Below are positions 44,011 through 52,552 of a DNA stretch of 52,937 bases, piece after piece. The stretch comes from a virus. Lineage: Duplodnaviria; Caudoviricetes. Each line of letters begins with the position of its first letter. The stretch's first letter is position 1. Position numbers and translations under genes: made by a program. The stretch lies in the IMG/VR virus record IMGVR_UViG_3300044840_000023, positions 1 to 52,937 of that record. One strand, 5' to 3'. The notes under the pieces are model-generated. The model was not told the origin of the DNA and ran no database searches. It saw only the letters and a program-made list of their open reading frames with translations.

Positions 44011-46077
44011 TTAGTTCCACGGCATTTTCTCCACTGTTGGCGTTGCGAATGCAAACGGCATCACAAGCGCTTGTTGCTGTACGCCTTGCGGCGCGAACAC
44101 GCCATAAAACGGCTGCCCGACTAACGTACGGAAGTAGCCCGAATTGAGCAATCCCTTTAATTCGCCGTTAAACATCTTTTCCGCGGCGTCTTTGTTGACG
44201 ACGTAGCCGGGCACCTCGCCCCGAACCGCCTGCCCTAGCTCGGTTGCCACGCTCTCGAATGTCACCATGTTGCCGGCGCGTAGCGCGTCCATCCCGCCCA
44301 TGACAACCCCGGGCAGCATGGCGGCCAGGCGCATTACGGCCGTCTGTTCCCGTTCCTGCGGACTGGCGACCAGCTCCCGCTTGAACACGTTGACGGTCGT
44401 CGTACGGCCTTTTGCATCCTTGCCGTAGTTTTCCGAAACCACTTTGCCGATATAGCTTTTCGCTTTCGGAGCGCCGCGGGCTTTGCCGCAGTCGATCGAA
44501 ACCTGATCCTGCCGGCCGGCGGTGACGCGATACATAAACCCTGCGTTGCCCGACTTGGCGCCGTTGCCCTTTTGCCAGGCGTCTTCATTGCCTAGAGGCA
44601 AATGGTCCGTGACGATCGTTGCCGCCGCTGTGCGTCGGGCAACTGATTTCAAGATGAACATGGCTTTTAGGACGGCTTCAGTATCGTTGTCCGCAAAGCA
44701 TAGCCCCGAGGCGCCCCAGGTATCGACAACGATCATATCCACCCGCATGCCCATTGCGGCCATGGCTTGCACTTGCGCGATGCACTGTGCTTCAAACGAC
44801 AGCGGCTCAATGTTGCGGATTAGGTGGAAACGAGCCGCAAGCTCCCGCGCGTTCGGTTCCTGTTTTAGTAAGTGTCGAACACGTCTCTCGGTCCCGTAAT
44901 CGTCTTCGGCTGCGATCCATAGCACGTGCCCATCAATTCTTTCCGCATCCGCGTCAAGCCACGGGCGCCCGGCGAGGTATTGCACAACCATATCGGAGAC
45001 CACGGTGGACTTCCCCGCTCCAGAGTGCCCCGTGAAAAAATGCACTTCAGCGCACAAAATTCGCTGGTAAAGCAACCATGGTAATTCCGCATTGTCGTCC
45101 TCCAATGAAATCTCAAAGCCCGTGCGGGCGATCAGTGCCGGCGCCGTCTGCGCGTCGTGCAAGCCTTGCAGCATGGTTCGCCGGCTGACGATCGCCTGCA
45201 TAATCAGGTTGCCGCGCAAGACTGGCAATTGGTCGTGGCGTTCTATCTCTTGCCCGAGCGTACGGCCGCCGATGCCTTGCTCTAGCGTGCCCTGCGCCTC
45301 GATTACCGCGCCTTCAATTTCCTGCCGCGTGCAAATGCCGTGCAGCTCGGCAAACTTCAGGACGCCGACCAGGCTGAAGATTGTGGACCCCCTGCCCTCG
45401 GTCTTGCCCATCAACTCTTGTTTGAGTAGTCCAAGGTAACGCATGGTGGCGTCGCGTCCGGCTTGCCACTCGTCCTGCGTGACGGGCTTGGCTTCGCGCA
45501 GCTCGTCGTCGCTTGCTGTCTCATGATCCGCACTAAATCGAAGTGACGTTCCAGCTTGAGCAGGAACAAGCGATAGAACTCGCTGTAAGTCAGCGGTGGT
45601 AAGTCGGGGCCATTCTGCATCGAAGTTTTCCCATTCATAATTTTCTCCTGTGTCCTTATGCGGACCAAAGGCGACAAACTGTCCACCCATTAGCTGGAGC
45701 TGTCCGCCGTCGGGAAAAGCGAACGTGCGTCCCGTTACCGGGGCGTCTGTCAAATAGAACGGTATTAGGAACCGCGGCCTGCGCCCCCAACGCACCGGAA
45801 TGCCGGGCCCGAGCACTTCGCGGAATGCCGCCAGGAGACGTTGCGCGCGGTCAGGGTCGTCTTTGTCAACGTCGAAGCCTGTTAACCCCCCGTCGCCGCA
45901 ACGAAGCCCTATGGAGCCCGCACCGGGGTGCGGAATTGGGGCCGTCCAGGTGTTCCAGCCGGCGCCTATGGGCGCTTTGCTGCCCCGGCCGATCGCCAAA
46001 GGGAACAAACCGCGGGCGATTGCCTTATTCCAGAACCCTTGCAGGTCAAGTGTCGGGGGTGTAAATGTGCCGTGCAT
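44011..46077 (-). CDS. Primase-helicase: N-terminal prim-pol domain plus AAA_25/RepA-like ATPase
   Basis: SKAP..GW..IGLRCG..FDVD; GHSGAGKS; MIVVDT. Confidence 0.88.
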   Translation of the reverse strand: MHGTFTPPTLDLQGFWNKAIARGLFPLAIGRGSKAPIGAGWNTWTAPIPHPGAGSIGLRCGDGGLTGFDVDKDDPDRAQRLLAAFREVLGPGIPVRWGRRPRFLIPFYLTDAPVTGRTFAFPDGGQLQLMGGQFVAFGPHKDTGENYEWENFDAEWPRLTTADLQRVLSLVPAQAGTSLRFSADHETASDDELREAKPVTQDEWQAGRDATMRYLGLLKQELMGKTEGRGSTIFSLVGVLKFAELHGICTRQEIEGAVIEAQGTLEQGIGGRTLGQEIERHDQLPVLRGNLIMQAIVSRRTMLQGLHDAQTAPALIARTGFEISLEDDNAELPWLLYQRILCAEVHFFTGHSGAGKSTVVSDMVVQYLAGRPWLDADAERIDGHVLWIAAEDDYGTERRVRHLLKQEPNARELAARFHLIRNIEPLSFEAQCIAQVQAMAAMGMRVDMIVVDTWGASGLCFADNDTEAVLKAMFILKSVARRTAAATIVTDHLPLGNEDAWQKGNGAKSGNAGFMYRVTAGRQDQVSIDCGKARGAPKAKSYIGKVVSENYGKDAKGRTTTVNVFKRELVASPQEREQTAVMRLAAMLPGVVMGGMDALRAGNMVTFESVATELGQAVRGEVPGYVVNKDAAEKMFNGELKGLLNSGYFRTLVGQPFYGVFAPQGVQQQALVMPFAFATPTVEKMPWN

Positions 46078-46106
46078 TTCGCAATCTGACTGCGGGTGTA
46101 AAATTC

Positions 46107-46146
46107 AACCCCGGGGGCGTTTGCGGCGTCGCCGGGGTTTTTGTTT
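46107..46146 (+). terminator. GC hairpin with T-run upstream of the primase
   Basis: aaccccgg...ccggggtt followed by tttgttt. Confidence 0.5.
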
Positions 46147-46215
46147 CTAAGGACATTACGCGAATTTTACAATGCACTAGGGGTGGTGGTATCAAAAAGA
46201 AACCGGCACTAGCGC

Positions 46216-46359
46216 TCAGTTGCGGGGGCGGAATAGGGTTAGTTCGCCAACGGGGCGAACGGTGTTGTCATCAAGTTTGACAACGCAGCCGTTGCAGTAA
46301 ATGACGGTGAAAGCTTCGCCAGTGAAGCGGCAGTAAACGGTGTCGTTTGCGTGAAACAT
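46216..46359 (-). CDS. Hypothetical 47-aa early protein (not in the ORF track)
   Basis: Follows the repeated promoter/leader; MFHANDTVYCRFTGE... Confidence 0.55.
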   Translation of the reverse strand: MFHANDTVYCRFTGEAFTVIYCNGCVVKLDDNTVRPVGELTLFRPRN

Positions 46360-46394
46360 GGTGCTCTCCAGCGGTTCGTTGTTTCGATAATGTG

Positions 46395-46423
46395 TTTGTA
46401 CACACGTCCCTAGGGACTGTCAA
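46395..46423 (-). promoter_or_regulatory. Repeated promoter/operator
   Basis: TTGACA GTCCCTAGGGAC gtgtg TACAAA. Confidence 0.8.
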
Positions 46424-46748
46424 CAGCCCATGGGAAATTATTTTCGAGCGCTGCGATTTTGGCTTTGAGCGCCTGGTTTTCCGCAAACAGTTCCTTGTCG
46501 CGCTGTTTCAGTACCGCGAGTTCGGCGCGCATGGTTTCCAGATCGCTTGCCGGCTTCGTGCCCCGGCGGTGCTCCTCGCAGTTCTTCAAACCGAACGAGT
46601 TGCTATCGGCTTTCCCATCCGCAATCTTTTTCGTGACGACGATCGAAAACGAATTGCCACACGTCGCGCACGGCCGCGAGAATTGGACGAGGTTCTTTTT
46701 CCTGCCCAGGCCCTCGGCTGTACGCGTCCAGTCTGTACGGTCACGCAT
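46410..46748 (-). CDS. Zinc-finger/coiled-coil protein, paralog of 47771-48406
   Basis: RPCATC..VTKK..GKA..C; ends FPWAVDSP. Confidence 0.65.
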   Translation of the reverse strand: MRDRTDWTRTAEGLGRKKNLVQFSRPCATCGNSFSIVVTKKIADGKADSNSFGLKNCEEHRRGTKPASDLETMRAELAVLKQRDKELFAENQALKAKIAALENNFPWAVDSP

Positions 46749-46871
46749 TATCGTTGCTCGCTTTCGGTAGCTTTATCGGAAACGGCCCCTGCCATATTTG
46801 CATGGCGAAAGCTGCAAATTTTTCGTACGCGTAACTGATATGCTCGCGCGTGCAAGTGGCAACGAGTACTT

Positions 46872-47027
46872 TCATTGCATAACCCCCACCACGATCGCAG
46901 CCACGAAAGCCGCGGCGCCCAAGGCCATGAGGCCCAAGACAATTTGCACGATTGTCACCGCCGCGCGCTCGCCAAACGCAAAGGCGATTAGGCCAACCAA
47001 CGCGGCGAGACCTATCAGGAAGTGCAT
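46872..47027 (-). CDS. Small two-TM membrane protein
   Basis: GGAGGG RBS; MHFLIGLAALVGL... Confidence 0.55.
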   Translation of the reverse strand: MHFLIGLAALVGLIAFAFGERAAVTIVQIVLGLMALGAAAFVAAIVVGVMQ

Positions 47028-47030
47028 TTT

Positions 47031-47246
47031 CTAGCCCTCCTCTTTCTGGTCCAGCAAATCAATGATCGCATCAAGCGGCGTCTTGCCGTTACCCATCACG
47101 GCGCTGCGGCTGTCGGGGGCGCCGTCGTACGTGTTGCGGTCGATCGCTTCCCACTCGCCGATATAGTTCTGCGAAACTTGGATATCCATGTCAGGTAGTC
47201 CGCCCATGGCCTGCAGTTGCGCGATGGCTTGAATATGTCCGATCAT
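47031..47246 (-). CDS. Hypothetical protein
   Basis: W.AID..TYDGAPDS...G.G.T...AI.DL pattern. Confidence 0.6.
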   Translation of the reverse strand: MIGHIQAIAQLQAMGGLPDMDIQVSQNYIGEWEAIDRNTYDGAPDSRSAVMGNGKTPLDAIIDLLDQKEEG

Positions 47247-47407
47247 GATTGCGCATCCTTCGCCAGGACTGCGGTCATTTGCGCAATTGCTTCCTTGACG
47301 GGGATTGCCTTATGTCCGCTAAGGCTAACCAGCTTTTTGCGCGGGTAGTACCATGCGCAGCGGCCCGAGGCGTTGTAAGCTTCAATGAGTTTTTCAAGTT
47401 TCGTCAT
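47243..47407 (-). CDS. Hypothetical 54-aa early protein (not in the ORF track)
   Basis: Follows the repeated promoter/leader; ATGA coupling. Confidence 0.55.
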   Translation of the reverse strand: MTKLEKLIEAYNASGRCAWYYPRKKLVSLSGHKAIPVKEAIAQMTAVLAKDAQS

Positions 47408-47446
47408 TTTTCTGCTCTCCAGCGGTTCGTCGTTTCGATGTACGTA

Positions 47447-47475
47447 TGTGTACGCCTATCCTTAGGGACTATCAA
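47447..47475 (-). promoter_or_regulatory. Repeated promoter/operator
   Basis: TTGATA gtccctaaggataggcg TACACA. Confidence 0.7.
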
Positions 47476-47729
47476 GCCACTTTGTAGCCGGCGGCCGTTG
47501 CGGCTTCGATCGCTTCGTCGCGGGTTGCCCAAGTGCGGGTTTGAAAAATCTTGCCCTCTTTCTTGGCAATGCCCCGCGCCAAGCCCGAACCGTGCTGCAA
47601 AGCGATCTGGAGCAATTCCGGGTCGTTGCAGATATAGGCGAGTTCCGAGGGTACGCGGCCGACAAAGCCGAAGGTTCCGACCGGGTACTGAATTACGGCG
47701 AGGGGCAGGTTTGCGAGGGGGTTGGTCAT
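47472..47729 (-). CDS. Hypothetical early protein
   Basis: GGAG RBS after the promoter repeat. Confidence 0.65.
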   Translation of the reverse strand: MTNPLANLPLAVIQYPVGTFGFVGRVPSELAYICNDPELLQIALQHGSGLARGIAKKEGKIFQTRTWATRDEAIEAATAAGYKVA

Positions 47730-47755
47730 TTGCTTGCTCCGTTTCGATGTACGTA

Positions 47756-47784
47756 TCTGTACACGCGTCCCTAGGGACTGTCAA
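47756..47784 (-). promoter_or_regulatory. Repeated promoter/operator
   Basis: TTGACA GTCCCTAGGGAC gcgtg TACAGA. Confidence 0.8.
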
Positions 47785-48406
47785 CACCCCAGGGAAATAT
47801 TTTTGAATTATTTTTTGCCGTCACTTTCGCCAGCTCGGCATGAGGGTCGAATTTAGGCTTGGCCGCTTCCATGGCCGGTCCCAGCTTATACTTTGCCAGC
47901 TCGGCTTTGAGCGGCTGCACTTCGGCGAACACTCTTGCGTAGTCGGCTTTGAGCCTCACGTTTTCCGCCTGTAGGACAAGCACCGATTGCGTCAGCATGG
48001 CATTTTGTATCTGGTCTGATGTAGCGTCGCCGCTAGGCGCCGGCTTTGTTTTCAGCTCGGCATTTTCTTTGCGCAGCCGCTCCAGCTCTTTAACCTCCTC
48101 GGGCTCCGCAGCACGCTTCTCCGCGCCTAGCGCTTTGCGCTCGCTATATTCTGCCGGCCCGGTTTTCAACGCGCCGCGGCATGCCTTGCAGCGCCGCAGC
48201 GCAAGGCCGTGGTTCGTTGCTTTGCCCTCCAGCGCCTTGGTTGTCACGTCTAGAACGATAGTCTCCGAACACGTCGGGCACGGCCGCGTGATGCGGTGCG
48301 CCGCGCGAAACTGTCCCTGAAACCATTTGTTCACCGGCTTGTCATAGGTCCAGCCGGCGAGCATGCCGACAGTCCAGCTTAGGCTTGCGGGGTCGAAAGT
48401 GGTCAT
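47771..48406 (-). CDS. Zinc-finger/coiled-coil protein
   Basis: RPCPTC..VTTK..GKA..CKAC; ends FPWGVDSP. Confidence 0.7.
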   Translation of the reverse strand: MTTFDPASLSWTVGMLAGWTYDKPVNKWFQGQFRAAHRITRPCPTCSETIVLDVTTKALEGKATNHGLALRRCKACRGALKTGPAEYSERKALGAEKRAAEPEEVKELERLRKENAELKTKPAPSGDATSDQIQNAMLTQSVLVLQAENVRLKADYARVFAEVQPLKAELAKYKLGPAMEAAKPKFDPHAELAKVTAKNNSKIFPWGVDSP

Positions 48407-48630
48407 AATGGATTGGTCCTTTGGGATAGATGGATTGCAAACGTGGGTTATATGGGTTGCGAATGTGGATTGTCAATGTGGAAGTAATAGATTGTCCACA
48501 TGGGCAAGTCGTTCCGTAATACACACCCCCAACGATGGGTCGTGGTGCGCGGAGAGGGCTTGACGCCCCGCGCCGACCGAGGGCAGAAGGAAGAAGATAA
48601 GAACCTCGATTGGACCGAAACGGACCTATT

Positions 48631-49080
48631 ATGGCTTATAACCAATTGCCGGCTATTCGGCTTTCACAGTACGCAGTTGAAACGGCTTGCCTGCATGCGG
48701 ATGCCATTCGTGGGTTAGTACGGATAGCTAGCCCGACGTTAACGACGGCCTGCAGGCAAGCGGGCTTGCCGCTCGATATGGCAGAGCTGTGCGGCGGGCT
48801 GCTCGCAAGCGTATTGGAAGACCTGCAGGCAATCGGACGGCTGCGGCGATCGGACATTGAGCGCTCGATACGCATGGAAGCCGTTCTGGCGGCCACAGAA
48901 GAGCCGGCTTGTTCTGCCCTGCGCATTGCTATGGCAGCGTCGCCAATCAACGGGCGGGCGGTTTCCAGGCATTGGGATGCCATCTGCGAGAAACACGAAC
49001 GCGGCAAGCTGGCCTGGTTGCTCGGCATGGATACGGAAACCGCGCGAATGTATTCACGAAAGCGTGAGAAGCAAAAATAG
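48631..49080 (+). CDS. Hypothetical helical protein with a possible C-terminal HTH
   Basis: KLAWLLGMDTETARMYSRK. Confidence 0.55.
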   Translation: MAYNQLPAIRLSQYAVETACLHADAIRGLVRIASPTLTTACRQAGLPLDMAELCGGLLASVLEDLQAIGRLRRSDIERSIRMEAVLAATEEPACSALRIAMAASPINGRAVSRHWDAICEKHERGKLAWLLGMDTETARMYSRKREKQK

Positions 49081-49083
49081 ATG

Positions 49084-49143
49084 TTGCAAATCCCTAGGGA
49101 CACGCTATGTTGAGTACATCGAAACGCCAACCGCTGGAGAGCA
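49084..49143 (+). promoter_or_regulatory. Repeated promoter/operator and leader
   Basis: TTGCAA aTCCCTAGGGAcacgc TATGTT...catcgaaac..ccgctggagagca. Confidence 0.7.
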
Positions 49144-49148
49144 AACAA

Positions 49149-49418
49149 ATGACCGACCTTTCGAAATTGTCCGCCGCGAAAATCGAAGCCCTTTACAACA
49201 AGCGCCAGGCCGCTTGCAGCGTGAACTGCACCGCGTTGATTAACGCAGGCCGCGGCATGGAGCGCGGAAACGAAATACGCGCTAAGGGCATTGCTGGCGC
49301 CGACGCGCTTTCGGTCGAATACGTTGCGCTGTCAAATGCGGTGCAGCTCGTCGTTGCCGAGATGGAAAGCCGCAAGCGCTGGCACGGTTCATTGAAGCCC
49401 ATCAAAATTCGGGCTTGA
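49149..49418 (+). CDS. Hypothetical early protein
   Basis: GGAG leader. Confidence 0.65.
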   Translation: MTDLSKLSAAKIEALYNKRQAACSVNCTALINAGRGMERGNEIRAKGIAGADALSVEYVALSNAVQLVVAEMESRKRWHGSLKPIKIRA

Positions 49419-49472
49419 CAGTCCCAACATTCGCCCGTACAAACGCAACATTCGATTAACCGCTGGAGAGCA
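49415..49472 (+). promoter_or_regulatory. Promoter with half operator and leader
   Basis: TTGACA gtcccaacattcgcccg TACAAA...ccgctggagagca. Confidence 0.7.
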
Positions 49473-49475
49473 AAA

Positions 49476-49796
49476 ATGTCATTCCACACCGATACCACCC
49501 CGCTCGTCGCACACGCCCTTTTCAACGTCGCCGAAATGGTCGACGCCTACGGCGCCCTGAAGGCCGAAGCCGCTGCGATCGAGGCAAAGCTAGACGCCAT
49601 CAAGAAAGCGCTGCAGGCAACCGGCCGTGACGAGTTTCGCGAAGGCGCGTTATTTGACTGCACCATGTCGATTAGCGAGCGCGAAAGCCTCTCAATCAAA
49701 AAGTTGCGCGACGCCGGCCACGGTGATTTGATTGCGCCTTACATTGCGCGCAGCGACGTCTACACGCTGCGTTGCACAGCGAAGAAGGCGAAATAG
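49476..49796 (+). CDS. Hypothetical coiled-coil early protein
   Basis: VDAYGALKAEAAAIEAKLDAIKKAL. Confidence 0.7.
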   Translation: MSFHTDTTPLVAHALFNVAEMVDAYGALKAEAAAIEAKLDAIKKALQATGRDEFREGALFDCTMSISERESLSIKKLRDAGHGDLIAPYIARSDVYTLRCTAKKAK

Positions 49797-49797
49797 G

Positions 49798-49941
49798 ATG
49801 GCTGAACGAAGCGACCATAGCGACCGCGACAAGCGCGACCGTATCGACCGACTACGCAAGCGGCTTAAGGAAGCAACCGTAGTCGCGGACCTGCAAGCCG
49901 TGCTTCGCGGCATTCTCGACTTGCTGGCAGACGAGCTGTGA
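49798..49941 (+). CDS. Hypothetical protein
   Basis: Abuts the previous gene. Confidence 0.5.
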   Translation: MAERSDHSDRDKRDRIDRLRKRLKEATVVADLQAVLRGILDLLADEL

Positions 49942-50088
49942 TAACTGCGTTGGCAATCGTCCTGGTCGTCAACATGACCGTGCTGGCGATCATGATTGTC
50001 TGGAAGGCGTACGAATGACCGTGCTGCATGCATTCGAGTTGTGGATACTGTTCAACATGGCCGTGGCTGTCGGCTTGGGAGTTTTGAC

Positions 50089-50403
50089 GTGAACCTGCAG
50101 GAATTTAACGCGCTGAAGCCCGGCGACAAGATCGAAAACGTAATGAGCAACAGCTCGGGCGAAGTGACCGAAGTTAACCAGGGCATCGTCAAGGTCCGGT
50201 GGGACGGCGTATCGAATGGCATAACCGCTGCCGGCGCGTTGCGAATGTACAGCGTGCATTCGACGATCTGGTTTCACTGGAGCAAGCCCGAGGAAGCGCA
50301 TTGCCCCGGCTTGGAAAAGTGCGAGCGCGAGGATTGCCAGCGCAGCGAGCAATGCCTGGGCGGGTCGATCGACGACTATAACCGTTGGGCAGGCGCAACG
50401 TGA
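50089..50403 (+). CDS. SH3-like hypothetical protein
   Basis: LKPGDKI..GEVTEV..VKVRWD; GGGAG RBS. Confidence 0.55.
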   Translation: MNLQEFNALKPGDKIENVMSNSSGEVTEVNQGIVKVRWDGVSNGITAAGALRMYSVHSTIWFHWSKPEEAHCPGLEKCEREDCQRSEQCLGGSIDDYNRWAGAT

Positions 50404-50591
50404 CCGTAACCATTGAGCGTCTAGAACGGGCGCTTGCAATTGCCGCGTACGTGGTCGTACTAGACGGCCCCGTAGCGGCGCCGCTGTTCAACCGGCTGGA
50501 GCGCGAACTCGCAACGGCCCGCGCAGCCGGAGATACCGTGGCGCGTGCCATGGCGTTGCTCGATAGTTATAAACAAAGGTTGATAGCATGA
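50400..50591 (+). CDS. Hypothetical protein
   Basis: IERLERAL...PLFNRLEREL; GTGA coupling. Confidence 0.65.
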   Translation: MTVTIERLERALAIAAYVVVLDGPVAAPLFNRLERELATARAAGDTVARAMALLDSYKQRLIA

Positions 50592-50779
50592 TGGACATTG
50601 ACGCTTTAGCGAAGGTAATCGCCGAGAATTTACCCGGTCCTTATGAGCAGTCCGATACTAACAACGGTCCGGGTGGGACATTTGATCTTAATGCAGCACA
50701 CGGAACGGACACCGCGGAGCAATGGCGAGCCATGGCTAGAGCCGTGCTTGACGCTATTACAAAACCGCGGGCGCCTTGA
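50588..50779 (+). CDS. Hypothetical protein
   Basis: WRAMARAVLDAI pattern; ATGA coupling. Confidence 0.6.
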   Translation: MMDIDALAKVIAENLPGPYEQSDTNNGPGGTFDLNAAHGTDTAEQWRAMARAVLDAITKPRAP

Positions 50780-51029
50780 AGGCAATCGCATGAAAGCCTT
50801 TTTACCATGCCCGTTCTGCGGGGGCGAGATCAAGCACATTGAAAGCTGGGCGAAGTCGTTCCAGCCAAACTGGCTTTATCACGAATGGCACCATCCAGAG
50901 ATCAGGTGTCGGATTTCTGGCATCGTTGAATCAGCGGATAGTCAGGTCGCAAACCAGGAAGAAGCCGCGCGGCGCTGGAACACTCGCGCCCCTACAACTC
51001 CGCGGGCGCCTTGAAGGCGATAGCGTGAA
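50758..51029. repeat. 37-bp imperfect direct repeat (50758-50794 and 50993-51029) flanking the Lar-like gene
   Basis: tacaaaaccgcgggcgccttgaaggcaatcgcatgaa vs tacaactccgcgggcgccttgaaggcgatagcgtgaa. Confidence 0.85.
50790..51014 (+). CDS. Lar-family restriction alleviation-like protein
   Basis: LPCPFCGG...EEAARRWNTRA. Confidence 0.75.
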   Translation: MKAFLPCPFCGGEIKHIESWAKSFQPNWLYHEWHHPEIRCRISGIVESADSQVANQEEAARRWNTRAPTTPRAP

Positions 51030-52296
51030 GCACTTCGGCTTTCAGGTCCAGCGCCGGCCCGCTGCCATACTTCGGATGGTCGTCAGCATGGCCCATAAGC
51101 GCCTCTATCAAGCTATCCTCGCAACGTGCGGCAACAAGGCGGTCTTTGAACGTATGCCGCAGGCTGTACAGCGTATGCTTAGGCGTCGGCCGCAAGCCAT
51201 GCGCCGACATATACCGATTTACTTCAAACGAGAATTGTGCGGATCGATCGACGTACTTGGGAAAGCCTCCCGGCTGCAGGCGCATTGCTGCGAGCGCAAC
51301 CCCGACAAGGGGAATGCTGCGAATGCTGTCCGAAGTCTTCACATGACGACCGTCCGGCTTCACTTCGACGTACGGGATGCTACAATCAAGGTGCACGCTC
51401 CTCGCATTGAGGTTTATTGCTTCGGACAGCCGCAAGCCCGTGTCCGCTATCAGCATGATCGTGCGCCGCGCCTCGGGATTGAGTCCCATCAATCCGACGA
51501 GTATCCTATCCTGTACCCATGCCGGATCGAACGGCGGCCGCGTGACCTTCTTCTCGCCGCGTAACGCCATGTCGGCAAATAGATTGGACAGCCCCAGCCG
51601 CATGTTGCGGTTTAGCTCTTTTATCATTCTGTTGACGTGCGTGATTTGCTTGTTAGCCGTACGCGCGACGATATCGCCTTCCGACATGCGATCGGCCAGC
51701 CATTCCGTGTAATCGAGGATATCGGCATGCGTCAGCTCGTGCAGCGTCTTGTCGCCAACCACGCTAATGAAGTCCGTCACGGCCAGCTTGTAACCATTGC
51801 GCCATACGCGGAGCTGGTTCGGCGATTTGTCTTTGACGTAGTTGCGAGACAGCCGCTCAAATTGCGGGAACACCTCGGAGAGCTTTATGGACGGCTTTGC
51901 TTCGAAGCCTAGCACCGCGGCGCGGGCGCCCGCGTCTTCCACCATCTTGCCGGTTAGCAGCTTTTCGTACCGTTCCAGTATCTCCAGCACGGGCCTGTCG
52001 GCGAGCTGCGGGGATTCGACGTAATCGAAACCAAGCACGCGCGCACGGGCACGCGCTGCGTTGTACCTGTCGGCCGCCTCTTGCGCCTTGCCTTCGACCA
52101 GGCCGCGCCAGTACGCCTCCAGCTCACGATTGAACAGGTCCGCGACCTTGCCGGCCTTGTCGCCGCGACGATCACGCGCAACCGCGATCTTAGTCGAGTG
52201 ACGGACGAACACGCGGCGATCAAGCACTGCGAACTCGCTAGGCACGCGGCGCACGAACTGCCAATAGCCCGCGCGGTTCGTCAGGTATTCGGGCAA
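50992..52296 (-). CDS. int: Tyrosine integrase with DUF6538-like N-terminus
   Basis: YL..R.G.W.F.RRVP; TGLRLSE, VKT, YSLRH, LMGH, KYG. Confidence 0.93.
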   Translation of the reverse strand: MPEYLTNRAGYWQFVRRVPSEFAVLDRRVFVRHSTKIAVARDRRGDKAGKVADLFNRELEAYWRGLVEGKAQEAADRYNAARARARVLGFDYVESPQLADRPVLEILERYEKLLTGKMVEDAGARAAVLGFEAKPSIKLSEVFPQFERLSRNYVKDKSPNQLRVWRNGYKLAVTDFISVVGDKTLHELTHADILDYTEWLADRMSEGDIVARTANKQITHVNRMIKELNRNMRLGLSNLFADMALRGEKKVTRPPFDPAWVQDRILVGLMGLNPEARRTIMLIADTGLRLSEAINLNARSVHLDCSIPYVEVKPDGRHVKTSDSIRSIPLVGVALAAMRLQPGGFPKYVDRSAQFSFEVNRYMSAHGLRPTPKHTLYSLRHTFKDRLVAARCEDSLIEALMGHADDHPKYGSGPALDLKAEVLHAIAFKAPAEL

Positions 52297-52312
52297 TGTT
52301 TTCCCCTCACTA

Positions 52313-52512
52313 TGTTACGCGCCTTGTTACACGCAAACGTACAACATTCAAGGGTAAATGTACAGACAAATCAGGCAATTGACTGATTAGACACGGTTTT
52401 GCGCATTCGCGGTTGCCGCTATCAGCCAGCGCTAGCATTCGACAAAATGTGCAAATAACTCAATAAAATCAGCAACGGCCTATTGCCGTGTTACACGTTC
52501 TGTTGTACGTTT
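52313..52512. other. Candidate attP region with arm-type repeats
   Basis: TGTTACACG at 52325 and 52489 (variant at 52313); AAACGTACAACA 52335-52346 inverted at 52501-52512; AT-rich, beside the integrase. Confidence 0.6.
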
Positions 52513-52552
52513 CCGGCGACATTCGCAAGGCGGGAAGCTGGAACATGCGTTT

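Noticed and set aside
43343-49472. CRISPR-like or integron attC repeat array
   Set aside because: Irregular spacing with whole genes between copies and clear -35/-10 architecture; better explained as promoters and operators.
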